A DNA stretch of 47,768 bases from Chloroflexia bacterium (GTDB lineage Bacteria; Chloroflexota; Chloroflexia; QHBQ01; JADMIH01): assembly GCA_049580985.1 (NCBI GenBank), contig JBAURA010000444.1, forward strand, positions 1-47,768, read 5' to 3'. Under the pieces are notes generated by a model that did not search any database, was not told where the DNA came from, and was given only the letters and a program-made list of their open reading frames with translations. This document shows, in pieces, positions 15,807 through 23,648 of the stretch (the first letter of the stretch is position 1; every line of letters starts with the position of its first letter). A program made the translations under genes and the position numbers.

Positions 15807-18623
15807 ATGACCGTCGATATAGAGCGACAAGCTATCCCCTCGGAAAACATCAAGATCACAATGGTGAATATTGAGGTGGATGGAGCGGTGATCGCCCTGC
15901 GCGACGGGATGGAGCCGGAGTGGTACCAGCCATTCCTCCTGGAGGCGCTCGCGGCAAAGGTCGCCCAGGGTGAGGACGTTTCCGCCTGGGGAATTGAGCG
16001 AATCACCAGGCCAAAGCAGCTTTGGCTATACATGAGGAACGGGCGAGCCGATACACCCACGCACGGTTGGAAGCTTCACGTGTCTGCGTCGCTCCTGTCA
16101 GCGCGAGCGGTCCTGGAGCGAACGCTCCCAATCCTCCTTTCCGAAGACGCCACTTTCAAACTGTGCGCATCCTCTGCCGCGCTCCTATTCTTGAACCAGG
16201 GGTTCGGGGGCATCTCCCAGGTCGGCAAGTTCATAACTATATACCCCAACAACGACGAACAGGCAGTGCGATTGGCAGTAGCGTTGGATGCAGCGACTCG
16301 CGGCGTGCGCGCGCCCTCTGTTCTCTCCGACCGACCCCTCTCTCCCGGCAGCCTGGTGCATTACAGGTACGGCAGCTTCCGCAAGCAGCATATGCACACA
16401 AAGCTTGGCCTGATCGTGTCGGCGTTCGAAGGGCCGGACGGCAAATTGGTAAAAGACCACCGCGTGCATTTCTACGTGCCGCCGGATGGGGCGCAGGATC
16501 CGTTTGAGGCGGCGGGGGTGGCGGCTCCGCCGAAGCGCCCGGTGCGCATCGTGGGTGGTCGCTATTTTATATTGGCCCCGCATCGTGAGGCGGCACGCGG
16601 AGTTATCTACGATGCTATCGACACCGAAGTACCCCGCCAGTGCATCATCAAACATGCCAGACGGAACGCCGCTATCACGATAGACGGACGAGACGCCCGT
16701 GACCGGCTGCGCAACGAGGCTGAGGTGTTGAAGCGATTGGCTCCCCACCCGGCCTTCCCCGAGTTCTACGGTCTGTTTGAGGAGGACGATGAGCCATACC
16801 TGGTGATGGAGCGCATCGAGGGTACCACGCTTGAGCGTAAGGTCCGGCACCTCACCGTCGAGCATGGCTCCGTGCCCGGTCCCCAGTTCCTGACCTGGAG
16901 CCGCCAACTAGCCTCAGCATTGGGCGCGATCCACGCGGCAGGCCTTATTTACAGGGATTTCAAGTCGAACAACGTGCTGGTAACGCCCGAAGGGCGGTTG
17001 CGTGTCATCGACTTTGAGTTGGCCTACGACCCTGATGGACCGCTCCCGCAGTACAACTTCGGCACGAGGGGATATATGTCGCCGCAGCACAAAGCCTGGG
17101 AGCATGCAGACGTCAGGGACGACGTCTACAGCTACGGTGCTCTCCTCTACTATCTGGCGACCGGAGCCGAGGCATCGAATGCGCCCGACGACTCAAACCT
17201 GTTGAGCCGTCCAATCGAGCTGCTGAATCCTGCCGTCGCCTCGGACCTGAGCGCTCTCATAGCGCGTTGCGTGCACCCTGAGCGTGAGCAGCGCTTCGGC
17301 AGTATATTCGAAATTGAGGAAGCGCTTGCCGGCATAGAGACGGCCACGGTGCCCCCGCCTGCATGGGGAGCTGAAACGCCTGTTGAACCGGATGAGGTTG
17401 CCGCCGGCAGGTACAGGACATGGGCACGGCGCATCGGCGATACACTGTGCCGCACTGCGCAACCGGCAGACAATGGGCAAGGACTGGTGTGGCCCGGCGC
17501 GAAATCGTCGGACGATGCGATCACTTCGAACGACATAATCCAGTCCAGGCACATCAACGTGGGGGTGGCCGGGCAGGTGCTCGCACTGGCCGAGTTGGTC
17601 CGGGAGTTCAATGACCCCGAACATCGCCGCGTGTTAGAGGGCGGGGTTCGGTGGCTCCTCTCTGAGCAACGACTTAGTGGAGAACCCATCTCGGGCTTGT
17701 ACGTGGGCGAGGCAGGCGTGGCTATAGCCCTCCTGCGTGCGGGGCAGGTGCTGAACGACCCCGACGTCATCCGGGCCGCCTCCAGCCTGGGCAAGTGGGT
17801 GGGCGGATTGCCCGACTCGTCCCCATGCATGTTCGTAGGCACTGCTGGTCGGCTTCGCCACCACCTGCTGCTGTGGGACGAAACAGAAGATCCTGAGCAC
17901 CTGGGGTTCGCGGAGGCGGCCGGCGAGCAATTGCTGGACCTGGCAGAGCCTGGCGCGGACAACGGCCTGAGCTGGCAGGCCCCGAATGACTTTGGGGTGA
18001 GTGCCGCTAACCTGGGATACGCGCATGGGGCCGCCGGGATCGGAGATGCCCTTATCGACTTGTACGAGGCCACAGGGGACTCGAAGTACCTGGAGGCGGC
18101 GGCGGGAGCCGCGCGTTGGATCGCCGCATTGGCCGTACCCACCACCGACGAGGGATCGACAGGTCTCAACTGGGCGCGCTCCGAGCGTACGCCTCTTACA
18201 GAAGGGTTCTGGTGCCACGGAGCGGTAGGCATCGGCATATTCCTGCTGCGTGCTTCGCAGTTCGGAATCCTGGAAGGGGCCTTCGAGTTGGCGCACCGCG
18301 CGGCGGTGACGGTAGGGAGGAACATGCGTTGGGCAATGCCCATCTACTGTCACGGCCTGGCAGGCAATATCGGCTTTCTGCTGGATATGTACCAGGCCAC
18401 AGGTGACTCTCGCTACTGGTCCGAGGCCCGCTCGCTAGGGCGAATTCTAGGTACGTTCGCCACAGAGATCAACGGCCTGTTCGTGTGGGGCTCAGAGACC
18501 CCTACCAAATTCACGTCTGTGTATACGGTCGGTTTCTCCGGCATAGCCATGTGCCTGCTCCGACTCAGCAATCCTGGACAGATGCCACAACAGTTGAGTA
18601 GAGCCGGTTTCCGATACCGCTAG
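15807..18623 (+). CDS. Class IV lanthipeptide synthetase (LanL-type: N-terminal pSer/pThr lyase, Ser/Thr kinase, Zn-ligand LanC cyclase)
   Basis: The ORF track starts at 15657, but that extension overlaps the hairpin. The ATG at 15807 has AGGAG 6 nt upstream.
- Lyase motif: HGWKLHVSAS.
- Kinase motifs: LIYRDFKSNNVLV, VIDFELA, GTRGYMSPQ.
- LanC motifs with Zn ligands: GYAHGAAGIGDAL, FWCHGAVGIG, IYCHGLAGNIGFL. Confidence 0.9.
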   Translation: MTVDIERQAIPSENIKITMVNIEVDGAVIALRDGMEPEWYQPFLLEALAAKVAQGEDVSAWGIERITRPKQLWLYMRNGRADTPTHGWKLHVSASLLSARAVLERTLPILLSEDATFKLCASSAALLFLNQGFGGISQVGKFITIYPNNDEQAVRLAVALDAATRGVRAPSVLSDRPLSPGSLVHYRYGSFRKQHMHTKLGLIVSAFEGPDGKLVKDHRVHFYVPPDGAQDPFEAAGVAAPPKRPVRIVGGRYFILAPHREAARGVIYDAIDTEVPRQCIIKHARRNAAITIDGRDARDRLRNEAEVLKRLAPHPAFPEFYGLFEEDDEPYLVMERIEGTTLERKVRHLTVEHGSVPGPQFLTWSRQLASALGAIHAAGLIYRDFKSNNVLVTPEGRLRVIDFELAYDPDGPLPQYNFGTRGYMSPQHKAWEHADVRDDVYSYGALLYYLATGAEASNAPDDSNLLSRPIELLNPAVASDLSALIARCVHPEREQRFGSIFEIEEALAGIETATVPPPAWGAETPVEPDEVAAGRYRTWARRIGDTLCRTAQPADNGQGLVWPGAKSSDDAITSNDIIQSRHINVGVAGQVLALAELVREFNDPEHRRVLEGGVRWLLSEQRLSGEPISGLYVGEAGVAIALLRAGQVLNDPDVIRAASSLGKWVGGLPDSSPCMFVGTAGRLRHHLLLWDETEDPEHLGFAEAAGEQLLDLAEPGADNGLSWQAPNDFGVSAANLGYAHGAAGIGDALIDLYEATGDSKYLEAAAGAARWIAALAVPTTDEGSTGLNWARSERTPLTEGFWCHGAVGIGIFLLRASQFGILEGAFELAHRAAVTVGRNMRWAMPIYCHGLAGNIGFLLDMYQATGDSRYWSEARSLGRILGTFATEINGLFVWGSETPTKFTSVYTVGFSGIAMCLLRLSNPGQMPQQLSRAGFRYR

Positions 18624-18689
18624 CAGGGGGTTTCTTAGCACGGTCGAGTGAGTAGACGGACACGATTGGAAGAGAAGGGTAGAGGCAGC

Positions 18690-19754
18690 ATGATCACTTC
18701 TACAAGTAACATCCTGGCTGAACACCTGCATAGGGCCGCCGGTGCTTACCGGCACGGCAAACGCCACCGTGTCTCTGCCGGTACTTCCACTGCCGTCGGC
18801 TTCGACCAGCTCCTGGGGGCTGCCATATTGAAGCATGCCTCCCCCAGGGAGCAGATGCTCATGAGTGCCGCCCTGGTCGCCCGCACCAGGGGTCTCGCGG
18901 CCGTGCGCAAGGGCGACATGGAGGTAGCCGAGGCGAACCTGCGCACCAGTCGTGACATTCTGGAAGTGCCCTGGCTTTCAACCGAGAGCCATGCTCTGCT
19001 TGCCTCATTCCAGGAGGCAGCCGAGGCCTTCATTGACTTTCGGTGCGGCCGGCATGACCTCGCCAGAAAGCGCGTTTTTCGCGCCATGTCGGCAGATGGC
19101 ACCCTCCTTTCGAGAGATGGATACCATGTCCTCGAATTGCACCGGGTACAGCTTGGACACAACCTGGCACGCGTCGATGCGAACGCGGGCGAGCCGGAGC
19201 GAGCTGCCCGCATACTAGCGGGCCTGCTCACCTATCTTGAAGGGGAGAGCGTAGCATGGCCTTTCCCCGATTACACCTACACTGGCAAAGCAACGGTGGA
19301 CGACTTGCCCGAGGAACAAGTGGCCGACCTGTTCATTCAGCTGACGAGCGAACTGGCGTTGTTGCTGGACGGCCAGGGGCGAGAGGAGGGGCTGGCACTG
19401 TTCGCCCCGGTCGTGGCGCATGCAGAATTGAAAGCAACTCGGCGCTGCGGACGGCACCCATCCGCGCACGCATGGCTCAGCCTGAAACTGGCCTACCTGG
19501 AGCGGAACGTGGTGGGCTTCCTGGAAGGCGCTCAGGAGGTACTGGCAGATGGCCCCAGGGAAGGCTCCCTTCTCTGGTATGCGACTGCTACCGATCTATA
19601 CAGGGAATGCGCCCGGCTGCTTGAGGACTGCCCAGCCGAGGCGAGCTCGCTAAGGAGCGAACTCGCCGAAGACGCTGTATCGTGGATCAGGGTACCGGCA
19701 GGACTCAAGGCCGGTGCCGGAGTAGCCGTGATGAAGCAACCGGCTCCCGCCTAA
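18690..19754 (+). CDS. Hypothetical helical (TPR-like?) protein inside the lanthipeptide locus
   Basis: The ORF track gives 18648..19754. The ATG at 18690 is preceded by AGAGG. The sequence is Ala/Leu/Arg-rich and predicted helical by eye. I find no motif I can assign. Confidence 0.55.
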   Translation: MITSTSNILAEHLHRAAGAYRHGKRHRVSAGTSTAVGFDQLLGAAILKHASPREQMLMSAALVARTRGLAAVRKGDMEVAEANLRTSRDILEVPWLSTESHALLASFQEAAEAFIDFRCGRHDLARKRVFRAMSADGTLLSRDGYHVLELHRVQLGHNLARVDANAGEPERAARILAGLLTYLEGESVAWPFPDYTYTGKATVDDLPEEQVADLFIQLTSELALLLDGQGREEGLALFAPVVAHAELKATRRCGRHPSAHAWLSLKLAYLERNVVGFLEGAQEVLADGPREGSLLWYATATDLYRECARLLEDCPAEASSLRSELAEDAVSWIRVPAGLKAGAGVAVMKQPAPA

Positions 19755-19830
19755 GACCCGGCACGGCGTAATGTAATAGCCGGTAAAGCCGGTAAAGAAT
19801 GTGGCAAGCTTGGAGGCAGAGGAGGCCGCT

Positions 19831-22800
19831 ATGCGCGGAGAAATGGGGCCCGGTATAAGCACCAGTTTGAGTCCAGGCGGCACCGTTGGCCCGGACTGGC
19901 ATAATCTACAGGGCAAATGGGTGGCGGTGCACGCGCCACAGGGCACCTACGCCGCCAAGCGCGCACCCTTGCTGCTACGCGAGGCCGAGCAAGTGGCCGA
20001 TGCCGTGGAACGGCTCCTCAAGCCCGACAAGCACCCGGATGGGAAAGCCGACATATTCTTGCTGGATCCCACCGCCGGTCTTGTCGAAGTGGGAGAAGAA
20101 GGCGAGGGAGAGGAACCCGAGGTGCAAGGCTACGCGGCCTCCTTTATGACGCCGGCGGCGGACACCGGCAGGTCTATTGTGCGGGTTGTGCGCCCCGAAG
20201 CTCCCGGCGAGGCGATAGCTCACTCCCTTTCGCACCTCCTTATCACCAAGTGGCTTGGCACGTCAGCCGGGTCCAGCCTTTTGTTTACGAGCGGTATCGC
20301 AGGCGTGGCGAACGCCCGCGCCGGCTTGGGAGAGTCTATCCAGGCATGTGACGAGTGGGTGCGGGCCGAGTTGGCGGCGGGCAGGCCGGTATCGGTGTTG
20401 AGAGCGGCGCGGCAGGAAGACCGCGACGGAGGAAGCATCGCAGCAAGTGAGGCGGATAAGCGCATCTCTACCTCCTTTGTAAACTACCTCATCGAAACCT
20501 TCGGGATAGTATCTCTCCGGCAATTCCTGGCCGGTTACGACCCGGACCGCCGCGATCAAGCCGCCATCAACGCCTACCAGAAGCCGATAGGCGCACTTGA
20601 GGAGGCATGGGTCAACACCCTCCGGCGCTCCTCCAGTAGCACCTCTATTTGGGGCTCGTTCCTGCGCCACATCATACCTCTGCTTAAGCCCTACCGGCTC
20701 CGCCAGTTGGAGGTGCTCCTCTACATGTTCCTGGGGCTGTCGTACGGTATTGTACTGCCCCTGTCGGGCAAGTACCTGATCGATACCGTAATCCCCAGCA
20801 ACGACCTCGGCCAGTTAGGTCTGTTCGTGCTTGGGCTGCTGGTGTTATACGTTGTGAACGCCCTGGTGGGTATGCGGCGCGGATATCTGACCAGCTGGAT
20901 CAACCAGGAGCTTATAAAGCGTCTCGACGAGCGGCTCTTCGCCCACCTGCAACGGCTGCCCCACACCTTCTTCGCCCAGATAAAGGTGGGCGATATCATG
21001 ACCCGCTTTACCAGCGATATGGCGATGGTGCAAACTGCGATACAGCAGGTGACCAGTACGGGGCCATTCATGGTGCTTACCGGACTGCTGGCTGCAACTA
21101 CCGTGATTATTCTCAGCCCTATCCTGGGAAGCCTTGTGCTACTTATCGTGCCGCTTTTCCTTCTCACCTATGTAACACTAGGCTCGCGCCTGCAAAAAGC
21201 CAGCACCCAGCGCCAGAAAATCCTGGGCGAAGTGATCAGTTCGTTGCAGGAGAACGTCTCGGCGCACGCCGTAGTGAAGGCATATGGGCTTGAGAAGAAG
21301 TCCCTTTCAATGTTCCGAACAGGCCTGGAGGCGCTCCAAAAGGCTTCGTTGCGCACGACCAAGATCGCTGTGCTCTTTGAAACAAGCACAAGCCTGGCGG
21401 TCACGCTGGGCCAGCTGATGGTACTGGGAGTGGGCGGCTACCTGGTGATGCAGAACCAACTCACTATAGGCACGCTGCTGGCTTTCGTGGGCCTCCTGCC
21501 GTCCCTGATCCAGCCTATCATGTCCCTCTCCAGCATAGGACAGACTGTCAAGACAGCCTCGGGAGCGATCAATCGTGTGACCGACCTGCTTGAGGAACCG
21601 GTGACCGTGGACGACAAGCCTGCTGCTGTGGACCTGCCCACGTTGAGCCGAGAGATCCGTCTTGAGGAGGTGGGCTTCTCATATGGCTCGGGCAACCCTA
21701 TCTTGAACGGCTTGAGCCTGACGATCCCTGCCGGAGCAAACGTGGCTATCGTAGGGCCATCCGGTTCCGGCAAGAGCACTATCGTAAGCCTGCTGATGCG
21801 CTTCTACGACCCTGAAGAAGGGAGTGTCCTATTCGACGGCCATGACCTGCGGGACGTGAAGCTAGCTTCACTGCGCAGCCAGATCGGATTGGTATTTCAG
21901 GATACATTCATATACGACACCACCGTCAGAGAGAACATCGCGCATGGCAGGTCAGGAGCTACCGATGTGGAGATTGTGGCTGCCGCTAAGGCCTCCCAAT
22001 TGCACGAGTTTATAGAGGCGCTACCGTCCGGCTACGACACCGTGCTGGGCGAGCGGGGCGTGCGTATGAGCGGGGGCCAGCGACAGCGCCTGGCGATTGC
22101 CAGGGCGTTGATTCGCGACCCACGAATCCTGGTACTCGATGAAGCTACTAGCGCCCTCGACTCGCATACCGAGCGAGAGATCCTGGACACGCTTGACGAC
22201 GTGGCCAGGGGGCGAACGGTGATCAGCATCACCCACCGGCTCGCTATCGCCGCCGCCGCCGACTATATCTTTGTGCTGGAGCGTGGGCGGCTGGTGGAGG
22301 AGGGAAACCATGCTACTCTCGTAAAGGCGGGCGGGTTGTACTCCAGGTTGTATGCAGAGCAGACCAGCGGAGTTGCTCTCCCGGATGGCTCGAGCGTCGG
22401 TCTCGATCAACTGAGGACTGTGCCTCTCTTCGGCGGCTTCTCGGATCCCCTCCTCACCTCCCTAGCCCGTAAGATGGTGCGTGAGCGTTTCTTCGTTGAC
22501 GAAGACGTGGTGCGTGAGGGTGAGCCGGGGGACAAACTGTACGTCGTGCAACGGGGTAGCCTGGAGGTGCTGGTGGGAGCGCAGGGCGAAGAGCGCAAGG
22601 TAAACTCGCTCCATCCCGGCGAGTACTTTGGTGAAATGGCGCTGCTGACAGGTGAGCCACGCGGTGCTACGGTGCGTGCCACCGAACCCACCGAGGTGTT
22701 CAGCCTTTCGAGGCTGGACTTCCTCAACCTGGTGGAACAGGAGGAGGCCCTACGAACATCGGTGCGGAATACCCTGGAGAGCAGGCGCAAGGCGCTGGAT

Positions 22801-22848
22801 CTGGTACGTGCGGGCAGTGCGCAGCCGCAAGCGCAGCGGCTCAAGTAG
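19831..22848 (+). CDS. ABC exporter (TMD+NBD) with an N-terminal peptidase-MA-like (degenerate HExxH) domain and a C-terminal cyclic-nucleotide-binding domain
   Basis: The ORF track starts at GTG 19801. The ATG at 19831 has GGAGG 5 nt upstream.
- ~290-aa N-domain containing AIAHSLSHLLITKW.
- Six-helix ABC membrane region: LLYMFLGLSYGIV..., IKVGDIMTRFTSDM.
- Walker A: GPSGSGKST.
- Signature: LSGGQRQRLAIARAL.
- Walker B: ILVLDEATSALD.
- CAP/cNMP domain: LRTVPLFGGFSD...GEYFGEMALLTGEPRGATVRA. Confidence 0.88.
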   Translation: MRGEMGPGISTSLSPGGTVGPDWHNLQGKWVAVHAPQGTYAAKRAPLLLREAEQVADAVERLLKPDKHPDGKADIFLLDPTAGLVEVGEEGEGEEPEVQGYAASFMTPAADTGRSIVRVVRPEAPGEAIAHSLSHLLITKWLGTSAGSSLLFTSGIAGVANARAGLGESIQACDEWVRAELAAGRPVSVLRAARQEDRDGGSIAASEADKRISTSFVNYLIETFGIVSLRQFLAGYDPDRRDQAAINAYQKPIGALEEAWVNTLRRSSSSTSIWGSFLRHIIPLLKPYRLRQLEVLLYMFLGLSYGIVLPLSGKYLIDTVIPSNDLGQLGLFVLGLLVLYVVNALVGMRRGYLTSWINQELIKRLDERLFAHLQRLPHTFFAQIKVGDIMTRFTSDMAMVQTAIQQVTSTGPFMVLTGLLAATTVIILSPILGSLVLLIVPLFLLTYVTLGSRLQKASTQRQKILGEVISSLQENVSAHAVVKAYGLEKKSLSMFRTGLEALQKASLRTTKIAVLFETSTSLAVTLGQLMVLGVGGYLVMQNQLTIGTLLAFVGLLPSLIQPIMSLSSIGQTVKTASGAINRVTDLLEEPVTVDDKPAAVDLPTLSREIRLEEVGFSYGSGNPILNGLSLTIPAGANVAIVGPSGSGKSTIVSLLMRFYDPEEGSVLFDGHDLRDVKLASLRSQIGLVFQDTFIYDTTVRENIAHGRSGATDVEIVAAAKASQLHEFIEALPSGYDTVLGERGVRMSGGQRQRLAIARALIRDPRILVLDEATSALDSHTEREILDTLDDVARGRTVISITHRLAIAAAADYIFVLERGRLVEEGNHATLVKAGGLYSRLYAEQTSGVALPDGSSVGLDQLRTVPLFGGFSDPLLTSLARKMVRERFFVDEDVVREGEPGDKLYVVQRGSLEVLVGAQGEERKVNSLHPGEYFGEMALLTGEPRGATVRATEPTEVFSLSRLDFLNLVEQEEALRTSVRNTLESRRKALDLVRAGSAQPQAQRLK

Positions 22849-22934
22849 GTGGCTGCGTGCAGCTTTCTCACTTGCCCGTTTCGCGCGTGAGGAATTAGTG
22901 TTCTATAGAAAGTTACGATAGGAGGTAAACAGCG

Positions 22935-23195
22935 ATGGTTAAGCCAAGTGTAGATGAGATCAGGGCCGTAGCGGCGCAGATAGTAGAACGCGCAAACCGC
23001 GACCCGCAGTTTATGGAGCAGCTTAGGAACGATCCGGAGACGGTGCTCCTTGATGCAGGCCTCCATGAAAGCGCCGTAGGAGACTTTATGCGGTCAGCAG
23101 GCCTCATGCCTGAGGTGCAAGGCTATATCCTGGAGGACCTGGATGTGCCGTGCCAGTACTCGTGTCTGCCTAACACGCATGGGGGAATAGGCTAA
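22935..23195 (+). CDS. Lanthipeptide precursor 2 (NHLP-like leader)
   Basis: 86 aa with an ATG start. AGGAGG lies ~9 nt upstream. The leader reads EIRAVAAQIVERANRDPQFMEQLRNDPETVLLDAGL, followed by a PEVQGY motif. The C-terminal region is ILEDLDVPCQYSCLPNTHGGIG. Confidence 0.75.
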   Translation: MVKPSVDEIRAVAAQIVERANRDPQFMEQLRNDPETVLLDAGLHESAVGDFMRSAGLMPEVQGYILEDLDVPCQYSCLPNTHGGIG

Positions 23196-23333
23196 GGGCG
23201 AATAACCAGTAAGCCGGCATGCACACCGGCCTCACCGAGCGATGTGCACCTTAGCGGGCCTACGCGAGTCAGCATTGGCCGACTCGTGCAAGCATTTATT
23301 GTCCCAATCTAGACGAACAAGGAGGTCTAAAAG

Positions 23334-23645
23334 ATGAGTTCGGATTCCAACAACCAGCAAAGCAACGAAATCAGAGAAGTAGCCCACAGAATTCTCGAAC
23401 GTGCCAAGAGCGACCCAAATTACCTGGAGCAACTCAAGAGCGATCCGGAAGCCACGCTCGCGCGGGAGGGTCTAAGCGGCCCGGTAGTCACGCAGCTAAT
23501 AGGCGAGTTTGGGCTGGTAGAGGTAGAGGGGTATTGCGATTTCACTTGTGACTATAGTTGCAACACTGGCACCTGCCAGCTCACTTATTGCGCCCATATT
23601 CCTCAAACCGGAGGGCCGATGGAGACGCAAGTAGTTGGGGGTTGA
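23334..23645 (+). CDS. Lanthipeptide precursor 3 (NHLP-like leader, five-Cys core)
   Basis: 103 aa with an ATG start and a GGAGG RBS. The leader reads EIREVAHRILERAKSDPNYLEQLKSDPEATLAREGL, followed by a VEVEGY motif. The core is CDFTCDYSCNTGTCQLTYCAHIPQTGGPMETQVVGG. The stop codon is 3 nt before the second LanL start. Confidence 0.8.
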   Translation: MSSDSNNQQSNEIREVAHRILERAKSDPNYLEQLKSDPEATLAREGLSGPVVTQLIGEFGLVEVEGYCDFTCDYSCNTGTCQLTYCAHIPQTGGPMETQVVGG

Positions 23646-23648
23646 TGA

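Noticed and set aside
16185-18353. Long minus-strand ORFs (240, 397, 239 and 143 aa) antisense to LanL1
   Set aside because: They lie entirely inside a + strand gene with strong motif support. Their translations are Arg/Pro/Ser/Ala-rich, low-complexity strings typical of off-frame reading in GC-rich DNA. They contain no motifs.
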